DNA of 64,000 nt from Histomonas meleagridis 2922-C6/04-290x (Eukaryota; Protista; Parabasalia). The position numbers and the translations under genes are program-made. This document shows, piece after piece, positions 10,428 to 22,753 of the stretch. Numbering within the stretch: position 1 is the first letter of the stretch; every line of letters begins with the position of its first letter. The notes beneath the pieces were generated by a model. The model saw only the letters and a list, made by a program, of their open reading frames with translations, ran no database searches and was not told where the DNA came from. The stretch lies in the NCBI GenBank assembly GCA_020184695.1, contig JAANOX010000111.1, positions 62,001-126,000 on the forward strand, given 5' to 3'.

Positions 10428-10643
10428 TTCTTGTTTTCCTCGTATATTAGATTGAGAAGATAGATTCAACGTAATGTCTTTTGTGCTGCATATAGTATCA
10501 TTATTATTTTGTTCTTTTCCAAAAATTACCCTAATTTATCATTCATGAAGGATTCAAAAAGTGGATCCTTCACATTGAAGCACACAAACCTTACAATTGA
10601 ATATAAATATCCTTCATGAAGGAATTTAAATTTTCGTCATAAA

Positions 10644-11739
10644 AAGTGACAATATATTTCTTTCTCAACAAAAAACACATTATTTAAATCATTTATAATA
10701 AAAAATTCACCCTTTTTTCCCCCTTCATTATTAAATATAATTATAACTATGATTTGATTGAAATGATATCGAAGTTTTATTTATAATTCTTCTGCTGAGT
10801 TTTGAGAAAAAGTTGTTAGAATATGCATATGAAACATGTTTTCTTCTACCAACGATTATTTTTTATACAAAAAGTTTATAACCGTAGAATACTTGAATAA
10901 TAAATTACGGTTTTCAAACCGTCGTGCAAAATACTATGTATTCTCGAAATTTAGCAGAAGATATCTTTAAATATTTCAAATTAATGAGATATATAATATT
11001 TCAAATTAATAAAATATGTAAATTCTTATATAAAATATTTAGAAGTAACACAGGGTGAGTTTATAGAGTCTTGATGATCTTGCGGCATGTAAATTTTCAT
11101 AATATATGTACTTTTTCTCAAAATCAATAATATTTATCTTAGATAAAAATCTAATAGCATACATAGCAACATTATTGTGCATATTAATATGTATAAATCA
11201 TCAAAAAATTATGAAATAATTTTTCGATCGAATTTCGAAATATTCAATTTATATAAATAGAAGTCATATGCTCAAATAATTCGAATCTAGGCAAATGATT
11301 TATACTATATCATTCTTTAATATTTTGAGTGTATATATAGGGTTTTCAAACCTTCAAGTACTTGAAAATATAATTACGAATTTACTGATAGGACATCTCC
11401 GAGAATCGGAACCACTCTTCTGCAGTCCATCTTCTCCCTTTCGGACTTCTATATACATTTTCAACAATTTTATTAAAATATGTATATATATATTCATCAA
11501 GATAAGGATATATCTTTGGTATGTTTTTACATAAGTTTGTTGTATTGGATCTTGTTCCAATATTTGTTCTTGTATGAATATTTTGATTAACTTGAATGTT
11601 TTGTATAATATAAACATTGTTATTAACTAATAAACTTGTTGAATGTATTTTTGCAATGTGGATTCTTTTGATCTGCTTTTTTCTTTTAGCTTATCTTTGT
11701 TTTTCCATTTATAACAAGTGACAATATATTTCTTTCTCA
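10644..11739. repeat. Direct duplication of a promoter-like segment
   Basis: Identical 24-mer AAGTGACAATATATTTCTTTCTCA at 10644-10667 and 11716-11739, with further similarity for ~60 nt downstream. On the minus strand each copy reads TCACTT followed within ~10 nt by an ATG that opens only a 4-5 codon ORF. Confidence 0.6.
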
Positions 11740-11809
11740 GTGTAAACACATTATTAAAATCGAGAATAAAAAAAATTGACCCTTTGTCCTTTTCATTTCC
11801 ACCCATCGT

Positions 11810-12130
11810 TTATAGAGATCATCTTACAATCTTGATATTATAAATATATAATATATGAATAGTTGCATCTATGATTAATATAAATCTAAGAATAATATCA
11901 TAATTAGCACAAGATAAATTTATTTTTTTATTCCAAAAAGTGACAAAAATCGACTTTTGCATGATTTATATCAAACGATAGCAGCAACGATAATTGAACA
12001 TGTGAATTGATATCAATAACTTATGTTCGTATATAGCTATCATCCTACGATCTTGATATTATTGTTATATAATATATAAATACATAGTTGCATTAATGAT
12101 TAATAAAAAGCTAAGAATAATATCTTAATC
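11810..12130. repeat. Diverged ~100-nt tandem duplication
   Basis: ATCATCTTACAATCTTGATATTAT...ATAGTTGCAT...ATGATTAAT...CTAAGAATAATATC occurs at ~11815-11910 and again at ~12035-12128. Confidence 0.6.
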
Positions 12131-12419
12131 TATTAAGAAATTCAGAAATTATTTGGGAAATGATAAAATATTATTTATTTTATGTGATTATATAAAATCT
12201 TGATACTAAATTCTTTTCAAATCTATCGAAAACATTAATAAACTTAAAAAATTCAATTCAAAAAATCATATTGTACTCAGTAATATTTTCGATTTGTTTA
12301 AAAATCCCATTGAGGAATTTTTCGCTTATACTATTTTTAATATTAATTTTATCCAAATATATCAAATAAATTTTTTTTTCTTTTCATTATCAAAACGCCA
12401 TTCACACAAACAGAGGTAC

Positions 12420-12695
12420 TAAAACTCAAAATCCTGCAATATTTTTTCAACGATAATTTTATGTTAAGGATAACATTTAGAGGAGATTACAAAAATACCC
12501 TCTTTCCGAAATTTCGACTGTACAATCTTTCGAAATTCGATCTGATTTCGACCATACTTTTTATGGAATTTTGAATTATTTCCTATATAGTAATGTTGCA
12601 TATTAGATGTGTTTATTTTCTAAACTATTATCCTTTATCATTTTCATTAAAAATTTTGAGAAAAAGTGAAAATATATGAAAAAATCAACTTAGTC
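12420..12695 (+). repeat. Dispersed TE-end-like repeat, copy 1
   Basis: Aligns by eye with 35258-35522 (CAATATTTTTTCAACGATAATTT, ATTACAAAAAT, AAATTCGAT..GATTTCGACCATA, TTTCCTATATAG). A more degenerate inverted copy lies near 11150-11250. Confidence 0.65.
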
Positions 12696-12718
12696 GATAA
12701 TAAATCGAGTGTAACTTT

Positions 12719-15700
12719 TTATATGAAGTGGCGGTGGTCTTTATTTATTTATGAATAAAAATATATGATTTGTTATTTAAAAAAATGTGATTTTTAAATA
12801 AAAATATTTTTTGCATGGATTTTTATGAATGATTGAAATTTTGATGAAGTGAAAGAAATAATGTGAAAAGATTTTTTCTTTATTTATTTTTTTATTTTTT
12901 TATTCGAATTTTTAAGTGTTAACTTAAATATTTAAATCTCTTAGATTAACTGATATCACTGCTATTGTTTCTTTAATGTTATCATAATATTTCTGGATTT
13001 ATTCGAGCATATTTTGCTTTGTTTTTGTATCATATTTGGAAAATGGAATTTGATAGTATTCAGAACAATTTACGATGATATCCTTCAGAGTACTACATAA
13101 TAACTTATTTCCATATAATTTCTTTAAATCAATTATTATTTCTTTATTAATCGAAGGATATTATTTTCTTATCTTTAATTTTTGAGAATCTTCGATAAAG
13201 CATATCTTATTTATTGATACTTTGGATTGTGTAAGATTTCTACCATTTAAACCTGTCTGAACAGACAAGGTAACTGCATTAATACTCAAGGAATTCATTA
13301 TTTTTTTTGTACTAAAATAAAATGTATCAAATAATATTTGAAAAAATCCTTCCACGATTTTAGAATGATTACTAATAATGATATCAAAATTCTCTAAATT
13401 AACAATAGGTTTTTCTACTATGAATCCTGCTTCAATTAATAGTGAATAAGCAATTGTCCTTCCATCATATGGAAATAATGATTTATCGTATTCATTGTTT
13501 GAAATTGTAATTCCAAATGATGATGCTCTTTTATAAACCTTTAAAGGTTGTAATTCTTGGTCTGTTATGCTAGCTATTATTTGATCAATTGATATTCAAT
13601 TTAATGCTGATCTTAGGGTTTTGAACATACCCATTTTTATTCTTAAACATCCAAATTGATGTTCAAGAGGATTTGACGTAAATCTATTTAAGCTTTTTTT
13701 GGCATTCATATCTTTTAAAAGTAATGTAACAAATGAATGAATTGTATTACAACAATGAATACATAATTTCTCATCAAAAAGTGTTAAAGCAACAATATTT
13801 TTCATTTTTCTTTGCTTAATTTTTGTGTCTAATTTTGTTTTCTTCATAAATTTATAATATATAAACATTAAAAAGAAAATGATTTCAAATAGCGAAATTC
13901 TTTCGCTTAAATTTATATTGTCATTAGACATTGCTTCTATAAACAAAGACCATGGTAAGAAATATAATAATGCTGAAAAATTATGTTTCTCATATAGCAT
14001 TAAAGTATTGTTAATGGAAAATATAGAAATGGGAAGAATATCGTGCATTTTTGTGATTTTAGAGTTATTAATTAAAATCGGTAATAAATTTAAATTTTCC
14101 CGTATTTTGGAAATGTCAATGATTGGTGAATTTTGATTAAATCCAATAGTTAATGGTACGTCTTTAAGTAAACGATATCTTGCACGTTTGAGTATATGAA
14201 GGGGATCACTAATATATCGAAAAAAAACTCTTTTTGCAATTTCAACAATTGATATCGTGTAATGTTCAGCAACACATTCATATTGACCAAAGAACGAATT
14301 ATGATAAGAATCATAGCAATTATCACCATCAAAGGCAAATCCGAGAACATATATTTTATGATTCTTTAATTTATTACGTAATGTTTCGAGTGTTTCACAT
14401 TGAATATTTGTTGCTTTCCCCTGGGGTGAAGGAGAAAAATGAATTATTGAGCACGAATAATCTGGATTTATACAATGAATGTAATAAACAAAAGCATAAT
14501 TTTCTATTTGATTCCAATTTATCATTAAAGAATTTATCCATTGTTGTGCATTTTCGCAGAAAAATTGATAAGGATTTCCAATATGCTGTAAAACTTCTTT
14601 TTTTAAACCAATAATTTCATTATCTTTTGTTATAGTCACATCGGGCGAAAATGCTATTGCGTCAATACTCAAAATACAATCCATTGGAGCTGAACGAAAA
14701 ATATTAATTTGATCGTCTTTATAATCATTTATGATTCCATCTATTTGATTAATATCAATCAAAGACTTAAAACGTTCATTGATTAAATCTGCTAAATGAT
14801 TATGTATTGATGTATAAGAAGGTAATGGAATAAAAATTCTAATATAACGTAAAGCTTGTGGCGAAATCGAATTAATATTGGATGCTAATTGATAAATTTT
14901 TTCATCATATCTTCTTGCATTTGGGTGAACTCCAAGGTTTCTCAATATTAAATTAATAATTTCATCATATTCTTCATTTTCTGAATTAATATCTTCATTT
15001 CTCTCTATGTTTGGCACAAATTTGACACTTTTCGCTTCATAAAGTCTTCTATTTATACGTGCTTGTCTTTCTGCCTTGATCCGCTTTTGTCTTTCTCTCG
15101 CTAATTGCAAGGCTTGTCTTGATTTTTCCATGATAAAAAATAAAAATGAACGAAAAATTTCCTCAGAATTTTAATGGCATTAAATGAAAAACAACTAGAT
15201 GCATTCAAATCAGTAAAAATTTTGATTCAAAAAGCTTCCGGCGACGTTTTGTAAAGTATTCAATTTATTTTTTTGGGAAACACCCCAAAAAGAATTGCAC
15301 ATAAAAAAAAATTCAGCAGTCCAAATCCTTAGATAGGTCTGATTATAAATAAATAAATCCTAAACTTTATAGTTAGTAGGGTCCCATTAAAAAACTATTT
15401 AACGATTTTTTTTATCATTATAAAAATGAGAAAAAAGCACCCATTTTTTTAATCAAAAAAATTAAAAAATTATTTTTTTCATCAAAAATGTATATTATAA
15501 AAAACCATATATGTGGAAAGAAAGCAAATCGATCATAGATTATTTTACACATTTAAAATTTATGATTTATTTACTTTTGACATCATTTCTAAACTATTAA
15601 TTCGGAAAATTGAAATTCAATTTCCTTCAAACAATACATTCGCGAAACAAAATAAAACATTTTTAATCAAAAAAATTTTTATTTAAAATCATCACATAAC

Positions 15701-15861
15701 AAAAAAATTTGAAAAAAATCGATTTTCGAGCACTTTTTGATATTCAAAATATAAATATTCTAATAAATAATCAAAATTATCGAAATATATATATATAAAT
15801 TAATATTCATGATGTATTTTTATTATAGCTAGAAAAAAAAGATCACCACCACTTCATATAA
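12719..15861 (-). mobile_element. P-element-like DNA transposon (minimum extent defined by a 21-nt imperfect inverted repeat)
   Basis: TTATATGAAGTGGCGGTGGTC (12719-12739) matches the reverse complement of 15841-15861 (TTATATGAAGTGGTGGTGATC) at 19/21, with weaker similarity continuing inward. The pair brackets a transposase ORF in gene-free AT-rich DNA. True termini and TSD were not resolved. Confidence 0.6.
13161..15131 (-). CDS. P-element/THAP9-like DDE transposase interrupted by one in-frame TGA (13596-13598)
   Basis: CILSIDAIA (D), GFAFDGD (D), ISDPLHILKRARYRLL (DxxH) and RFTSNPLEHQFGCLR (E). The same frame stays open from 13595 to TAA 13161-13163. No THAP CxxC domain is seen at the N-terminus. 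Confidence 0.75.
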
Positions 15862-16240
15862 TTTTTACTAAGATTTTAAGTGAGAAAAATGCAAAAATTG
15901 AATGATTATGCTTTTAATTTTATGAATTACCATTTATAAAATATAATTTACATCAAAAATAATAAAGATTGGTCACCAAAAATATATATTTGGAAAAAAT
16001 CGATTTTGAAATTTCGATTTTGATCCGGATATTTTTTTCCCAATTTGAAAGCAGATTTTTATTCATGTGTTGATAGGGATCTAATAAAAATCAAAAAATT
16101 CACCAGGATATGTTTATTTCCTCAGTTTGAGGAACTCTACACAAACATCATAATATTATCATATTTTTTTTTATATTTTAACTATTTCTTTCTTATACAA
16201 TTGATTAAATCCATAAAATAATGTTTATTTATAAACAAAT

Positions 16241-19200
16241 TTAATACCATGGATACCATCCATGATACATATCGCACAAATTCTTTGGGTCAGTTGCAAT
16301 ATGAATTAATTTTTCGACTTGATTTTCCACCGTCAAACATTTTTCCTCGTTAAATTCATTTCCGTTCAGTTTATCCAATATTCTTTTTATATATTTTTTC
16401 GCAGTTTGATTTTCTTCTTCATCTTGATCATTATTATTTTTCCAATTTAATAAAGGGTCATAAATGAAAGCCGTTAAAATGCCGATAATTTGGTTTGCGT
16501 TTTTTTTCATCAATTTCATTGAATTTACGCAACAACTTTTGAATGTCCCCTCAATTTTGGATACTTCGAGAGCGTTAATTAATAATCTAGTCAATCTGAA
16601 TGGCACTTTTTCGGGATATAAATTTCTATTTTCTGCGATTTCGAAACAATCTCCGAAGTCGATATGGACTAATCGCGCAGTTTTTGACTTCATCATTATG
16701 TTTGACATATGTCTATCACCTAACCCTATTACATATCCAACCATTGAAGTCAAAGCTAATGTCACTGCATAATTTGTTCTTCGATCGATCCAATTTTTCG
16801 AATCTGAAGAATTAATAAAAATAATATTTTTAATGTCATCACCTTTAGTAGCTTCACAACCTTTTAAGAACAATTTCTCTTTAATTTTATTTGGTAATTG
16901 GTCATAATTTTTAGATATTTTATTAATCGAAATATATTCCGCTTCGAAAGGAATTTGATTTTTTGTTCTAAATTCATGAATTAGATCAGATAAAGTATTA
17001 CAATTTGGAACCCAACCAATTAATCCGACTTGTGGTGTAATTGGTATTACATTATATGTTGTAATATTTAATTTATCTTTTAATGGTAATATATTATTAT
17101 TAATCATCGAGTTAACATAAGTAAATAATTGCATAATACGTTCATCTAATCGAGTATCTTCATTCGCCTTTAATAAGAAATGATATTTAATTCCATTGTT
17201 CCCTAACATTATAATATGTTTCGGACGTTGTTTCGATTCCATTATTAAAATCGTAGGATATATCGATTCAATTGTAATAGAATCATTAAGAAAATCATAA
17301 ATTCCTGGAATTGGTATATTCGTGTTTTTTAATTTACTTAAAATTGGTGATACATCTTTAATATCGAATTTCTTAAATTCCTTTAAACATGGTTTAATTG
17401 AATAAAAGATTTTCGTATAAAAGTCCCATGCGGATTGTAATGATATTTCATTTTTAGTGTTTTGATAATGTGTTAATTGTTTAAACGCTTGATTTAATAA
17501 GAATCCATATTGATTGATAAATGATTGTTCATAATATGAAGTTGGCTGTTGAATAATTCGTTTGTTTAATGTGCATAAAATTTGATACATTTCATCATAA
17601 TCTTTTCGAATTGCATAAGCACGTGATGCTTCATCTATTTGTGAAAAGACATATTCCCATAATATTAATACTATACGTTGTAACTCAATTGAGATGATTG
17701 ATATGTTTTGGACTATTTCAGGTTGTAATTTTTGGAATTTATTAATAATTTGTTGTGATATTTTTTGTTTTAATGTGTTCTCTAATGATAATGGTACAAA
17801 TAATTGATATATTATCGAATATAAATGTTTTGATCCAATTAATAATATTAATTCTTCAATCGATTTACGTAAATTTAAGTTATGAGATGCAGATCGTGAT
17901 AATATTATAGGTAATACTTCAATCCATGAGAACAATGGAATCGAATTTAAATATTTGGAAAAGATTTTATAAATGTTTTCATGATCATAAAATAATATTT
18001 GAATAATTCGTTGTGAATATATTAAATTTTTTGGATTAATAATTAATCCATTAATATAACCTTTAAATGAATCAATTAAATAATTTTCGGATTTAGTACT
18101 TTCATATAAAGAGAAATTAATATTCGCCCAATTAACCCAAGTAACTTCATCATTTTTCACAATGTTTTCCATTAATTTTCGTGCTTTAATACTTTTGCCT
18201 ATTTCAAATAACCAATTGGATAATAAAACTATATCATTTGTATTATTTTTTATAACATTTAATTCTTTTATAGCTTCTTCACGTAATCCTTTATTCCATT
18301 TAAGTTTACAATTTAAGACTTTATATTCATTACTATCATCATGTTGTTTACAATAGTTTATTAACATTTCCGATAATTCGATTCGTTTATTTTCTAATGC
18401 AGTGTTTATTAATGTTATAAATGAATCTTTTAATTCAGATACATTTAATACTAATGAATAAACACAAATATGATCATGTAAAATCGATGGTATTAAAGAT
18501 AAATTAGAAAAATTAAATTTCCATTTATTTTTAATCTCATTTAAATTATTTTCGATTAATTTATTTTGTGTATTCTTTAATTTCTTTTGATATTTCATAT
18601 ATTGAATTACATCTTCTAAATCAGATATTAAACAAACATTTGAAAAATCTTGATAATAACGTTCATAATTACAACCTAAATTTGCGTTTAATTTCTTTGA
18701 TGCGATTTCACGAATTTTTTTACCTAATTTTAATGCTTTTTTAAAGTTCTTTTCCATTACATATTTAACCATTATATAAAACAAATTATTTTCTTCATTT
18801 TCATTAAGGTTATTAACAATTTTATAAAATTCATTATGTTCAAATAAATGCCATGTTGCAGATACTAAAAAATATGTATTATTCTTTGCTTGATTTTTTA
18901 ATTCATTAAAACGTGATAAAGCTTGTAAACATTTTAATCTTCCATTTAAATCATCTTTAACAACAGAATATTCTTTTAATGCATCTTCCCATAAACCTAA
19001 ACTTTCATAAATTTGATCTTGTGATTTAATTTTAATACAACGTAAAATACCTCTAGCAGCTAAAGGTAAACTTAATTGTTGATTTAGATATATTAAATCT
19101 TGTGCATTCTTCTCATTAAATATCCCTTCATTAATCCGTAATGATTGTGCTAAGAATCCGACTTCTTTAGCTTTAAATGCAATAATATGTTCTGAGATAG

Positions 19201-22200
19201 GAAATGGTATCATTAATACTTCAAATAATTCTAAAACAGATAAAAAACATCGAATTATATATTGTGATGTATGAGAAGAATTAAAGATTAATCGGAATAT
19301 TTCATTCCAAATAGTTTTATCTTCAACATTAATATACATTAAACTAAACGCAACTGGAAATAATGACGTTTTAATAATGGAATATTTATGTGCGATGTCT
19401 TTACAGACTGAAATAGCTCTGGAATCAGAATGAATTAATATATCTAATGAAAACTCATCCCACCATTGATCCCATTGCATTTCTTTCCATTCACTATTAG
19501 GTAACGTTGGTTTAAATTGTGTTTGTGATAATTTCGCAGTTGGTAAATTCCGCGTTGTAGATCGATGTCTTTGTTCATTTTCATTTAAATAAGCTAAAAT
19601 GTTTTCCGGAATTATTGAGTTAGTTTTTATTTGATTTATTACAAATATAAATTCATTTTTATTATTTATATTAAATATTTTTTCGATTTTTGGTAAATAC
19701 ATTAAAAATTTCGATCCAATTAATATTGAAATAGTAAATAATACATTTAAAGCTTTATCATGTAATAACTTATTAATTTCGACAACAGTAATCATTGTAC
19801 GAATTATTTGATATGAATATGATTCAGCATAACCATTTTTAATGATAGAATCAAACTTTGATATTAATTGATTACATATATCTGTTTGTAATACATAATT
19901 CTTTATACATTGTAAAAAAAATGGAAATATGATATAACCTGTTATTTGATTATATATATTTAATGTTACATATGAAGAAAATAATGAATCAATAATCGCA
20001 GCTGAATAACTATGATATTCCGAGATAAAAACATTTGTTAATTTTAAAATATAAGGTCTTAATGCTTCTGAAGTATAAATCTTTAACCATTCTGTAATAC
20101 GTAATAATTGGATTTTATCTAATTTATTCCATTTATCACATATTAAATTTACAATTAATGGTACTAAAGGAGTAAATTTCTCACCAAAAATTCCAATTAA
20201 TGTCGGAAAACTTGATAATAAAATAGATATAGTTGATTCATTATCATCTAATAAAAATTGTTTTAATCGTTTAATTAAAAATGCTTCAAGTGTATTACCT
20301 AATGAACGATTTCTTCTTAAGATAATTAATAACGCTTCTAAAGATGTCGAAAATAATGTCGATAATCGTTTATCTTGCATAATATCTAATAACGTAAATA
20401 TAACTATACCATTTGATGCATAATATAATGCATCTTTAGGATTATTTGTTTTGGATAAATTTAAAAATGTCATTGATGTAAATTCATGATTTGTAATAAC
20501 TGAAGTTTTATTATTCTTTTGTAATTGATTTGAGAAATTCTCTAAAATCGTTGGATTAAGTGCACCAATTTTCGTTAAGATATGTAATAACTTTTCTTGA
20601 TTAAAATATGTTTTACCTAACTTAGGTATTGATTGAAGTTTTAATAATAAAAAATAATTTTCATGAAATATCGAATTAAAAAATTCCGGAATATTTAATG
20701 CTTTCGATATTAAATTTAATGTTATATTAATTCTTCGTGGTGAAGAATTTTGTGCTAAAGAATTATTAATGATTTGTACTAATCTTAAAATATCGATTGG
20801 CTCATTATTTAATTGTATTAACTTAGTTAATAATTCTAATGATACTATTGTCGGATGAGTATTTTCAGCATTTATTATATAATCAACTAAAAATGAAGAA
20901 AATAAAGAAAACAAATTTCGTAACTTTAAATTCTTCCGAAAACTTTCTGATTTAACAAATATATTAAAATAAACTAAATGTTCTTTCGATAATGTATTAA
21001 TTGTTGTTGTCATTTCAACAACTTTCTCTTTAAGAAATTTAACAATGATTTCATAAACATTAGGTAAATCAATCATATTAGAAAAAGCTTCTTTCCGTAT
21101 CTCGAAATTAGAATCATATAAAAGAGATGATAATACAGGTATTATATTCTCATCTTTAGGTTCGATTTTTAACTTCTTAAATATCGAGATCCGTAAGTCA
21201 TCATTTAATTCACTACTAATGACAACTAAAAGTTTTAATAATATTTCATTCGATGGATAATTTTGTTGATATTCTAATACAAACTCAGAAACTGCTTGTC
21301 GAACATTGATATCAATCGAATTAAAATGTGTACAATATTGTAAGACTAAATTTGTCGATAATAAATTCTTGGAAATATTAAATTTTTTTAATGCAGTAAA
21401 AGCTAAGATTAAATTGGTCGAATCAATATTCGTTTGTGTAGATAAAATAATTTGATTTAAAAAAGGTAATAATTTACTATGAACTAAATTAACTCGATCT
21501 GGAAATATTTTTAAGTATTGCCATAGTCCTTCAACTGTACTTTTAGTTATAGACTTATTAAATATTAATGAGATATCATTTTCAAATTTACTAGGATTTC
21601 GTATGGTTAATAACGAGATATATGCATAAATAGAATTCTCTGAATCAATAGATTTGGATATAATATCATAACATTTGTTTGCATATTTTAATTCGGCGTC
21701 CGTTAACTTACGCTCAAGTGAAAAAATGACTTTTGCCAACGATAGAAAAGCGGCGGTTTTGACGGAGGACGTTTTTTTGATTAATGGAATATATATCTTT
21801 AAGATGCGTGAAAGTTGAAGTTGGCTATTCATCTGTATGAGAAAGGGCGTTATCTTGAGACCTGCAAGTTTAGCTTCTGTATCTTTACTTTTTAATAATG
21901 TTTCAGGTGCAATTTTCAAGGGAATGTTGGTTAATAATGATTTGTTAACATGTTGTATGATCTCAAGAGAATGAATTAGACTGTCATAAATGGAATATTG
22001 ATATGTATTAAGCTCAGATATGATTTGTTGACAAAAATGAGAAATATTAAAATCGGGAAAATTGGATTGCTTTTCCATAATGATTTCAGTAGCTTCTAAA
22101 GCAGAGTCTGAAACATTTTGTATTGGGTTTTTTAATCCTGTTAAAATTAATGATTGAACTTGTGTATAATAATTACTTAATGACTGTGGAAAATATAACA

Positions 22201-22753
22201 TAAGCATAGAAAGTAACTTAAATCCGGCAATAGAACTTTCTTCATTGTTGATTAAAATCCAATTAAATGATAATTCTCGTAAAGAATATAAAAGAGGTTG
22301 CATTGATTCTTTTAATGTTCTGTGTATGGATTTTAGGATAATAACAAGATTTTCACAGACTAATGGATCTGGATCTGGAGGAATCTTTGTAATTGAAGAT
22401 ACAATTCTGTTTGTAATTTTCATATTTTCATCAAGATTTAGATTAATTATTGCTACTAGAAAAGTTGTAAATTCTTTTGGACTTCTTTTGTTCAAAGAAA
22501 TACTCTGAAAAAGCGTATTTATAAAAGAATCTTCATTTTTGTTGAGCTTTTCTTTTCTGTATTGGTTTGATACATATACTTGGAAAGAATGTATTGCATT
22601 TCGAAATAGGTTTGAATCGGGAATATTAATTTGTTGGATAACTTCATCAATATAAAATCCTAATGTACCAGAGTTTCCTCCACTGGGCGCATGTGTATAT
22701 TTTGCCCTTGATGGAATTGAGGATTTTTCATGAAAAATCCCATGAAAACTCAT
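16241..22753 (-). CDS. TOR: TOR-family PIKK serine/threonine kinase
   Basis: 2170 aa: HEAT/FAT region, FRB-like WEYVFSQIDEASRAY...SAWDFYTKIF, kinase HFLLKANEDTRLDERIMQLF, GLIGWVPNC, VIGLGDRHMSN, HIDFGDCFE, PEKVPFRLTR, and FATC LCDMYHGWYPWY. Confidence 0.93.
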   Translation of the reverse strand: MSFHGIFHEKSSIPSRAKYTHAPSGGNSGTLGFYIDEVIQQINIPDSNLFRNAIHSFQVYVSNQYRKEKLNKNEDSFINTLFQSISLNKRSPKEFTTFLVAIINLNLDENMKITNRIVSSITKIPPDPDPLVCENLVIILKSIHRTLKESMQPLLYSLRELSFNWILINNEESSIAGFKLLSMLMLYFPQSLSNYYTQVQSLILTGLKNPIQNVSDSALEATEIIMEKQSNFPDFNISHFCQQIISELNTYQYSIYDSLIHSLEIIQHVNKSLLTNIPLKIAPETLLKSKDTEAKLAGLKITPFLIQMNSQLQLSRILKIYIPLIKKTSSVKTAAFLSLAKVIFSLERKLTDAELKYANKCYDIISKSIDSENSIYAYISLLTIRNPSKFENDISLIFNKSITKSTVEGLWQYLKIFPDRVNLVHSKLLPFLNQIILSTQTNIDSTNLILAFTALKKFNISKNLLSTNLVLQYCTHFNSIDINVRQAVSEFVLEYQQNYPSNEILLKLLVVISSELNDDLRISIFKKLKIEPKDENIIPVLSSLLYDSNFEIRKEAFSNMIDLPNVYEIIVKFLKEKVVEMTTTINTLSKEHLVYFNIFVKSESFRKNLKLRNLFSLFSSFLVDYIINAENTHPTIVSLELLTKLIQLNNEPIDILRLVQIINNSLAQNSSPRRINITLNLISKALNIPEFFNSIFHENYFLLLKLQSIPKLGKTYFNQEKLLHILTKIGALNPTILENFSNQLQKNNKTSVITNHEFTSMTFLNLSKTNNPKDALYYASNGIVIFTLLDIMQDKRLSTLFSTSLEALLIILRRNRSLGNTLEAFLIKRLKQFLLDDNESTISILLSSFPTLIGIFGEKFTPLVPLIVNLICDKWNKLDKIQLLRITEWLKIYTSEALRPYILKLTNVFISEYHSYSAAIIDSLFSSYVTLNIYNQITGYIIFPFFLQCIKNYVLQTDICNQLISKFDSIIKNGYAESYSYQIIRTMITVVEINKLLHDKALNVLFTISILIGSKFLMYLPKIEKIFNINNKNEFIFVINQIKTNSIIPENILAYLNENEQRHRSTTRNLPTAKLSQTQFKPTLPNSEWKEMQWDQWWDEFSLDILIHSDSRAISVCKDIAHKYSIIKTSLFPVAFSLMYINVEDKTIWNEIFRLIFNSSHTSQYIIRCFLSVLELFEVLMIPFPISEHIIAFKAKEVGFLAQSLRINEGIFNEKNAQDLIYLNQQLSLPLAARGILRCIKIKSQDQIYESLGLWEDALKEYSVVKDDLNGRLKCLQALSRFNELKNQAKNNTYFLVSATWHLFEHNEFYKIVNNLNENEENNLFYIMVKYVMEKNFKKALKLGKKIREIASKKLNANLGCNYERYYQDFSNVCLISDLEDVIQYMKYQKKLKNTQNKLIENNLNEIKNKWKFNFSNLSLIPSILHDHICVYSLVLNVSELKDSFITLINTALENKRIELSEMLINYCKQHDDSNEYKVLNCKLKWNKGLREEAIKELNVIKNNTNDIVLLSNWLFEIGKSIKARKLMENIVKNDEVTWVNWANINFSLYESTKSENYLIDSFKGYINGLIINPKNLIYSQRIIQILFYDHENIYKIFSKYLNSIPLFSWIEVLPIILSRSASHNLNLRKSIEELILLIGSKHLYSIIYQLFVPLSLENTLKQKISQQIINKFQKLQPEIVQNISIISIELQRIVLILWEYVFSQIDEASRAYAIRKDYDEMYQILCTLNKRIIQQPTSYYEQSFINQYGFLLNQAFKQLTHYQNTKNEISLQSAWDFYTKIFYSIKPCLKEFKKFDIKDVSPILSKLKNTNIPIPGIYDFLNDSITIESIYPTILIMESKQRPKHIIMLGNNGIKYHFLLKANEDTRLDERIMQLFTYVNSMINNNILPLKDKLNITTYNVIPITPQVGLIGWVPNCNTLSDLIHEFRTKNQIPFEAEYISINKISKNYDQLPNKIKEKLFLKGCEATKGDDIKNIIFINSSDSKNWIDRRTNYAVTLALTSMVGYVIGLGDRHMSNIMMKSKTARLVHIDFGDCFEIAENRNLYPEKVPFRLTRLLINALEVSKIEGTFKSCCVNSMKLMKKNANQIIGILTAFIYDPLLNWKNNNDQDEEENQTAKKYIKRILDKLNGNEFNEEKCLTVENQVEKLIHIATDPKNLCDMYHGWYPWY

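Noticed and set aside
10610-10623. 14-bp palindrome TCCTTCATGAAGGA
   Set aside because: A single occurrence in degenerate repeat DNA with no associated feature.
13596-13598. Stop-codon reassignment (TGA=Trp or TAA=Gln) suggested by the in-frame TGA in the transposase and TGG/TGA alternation in spacers
   Set aside because: TAA, TGA and TAG all terminate conserved genes at the expected ends here (actin and RPL37 TAA, ARPC1 and DDI1 TGA, PX gene TAG).
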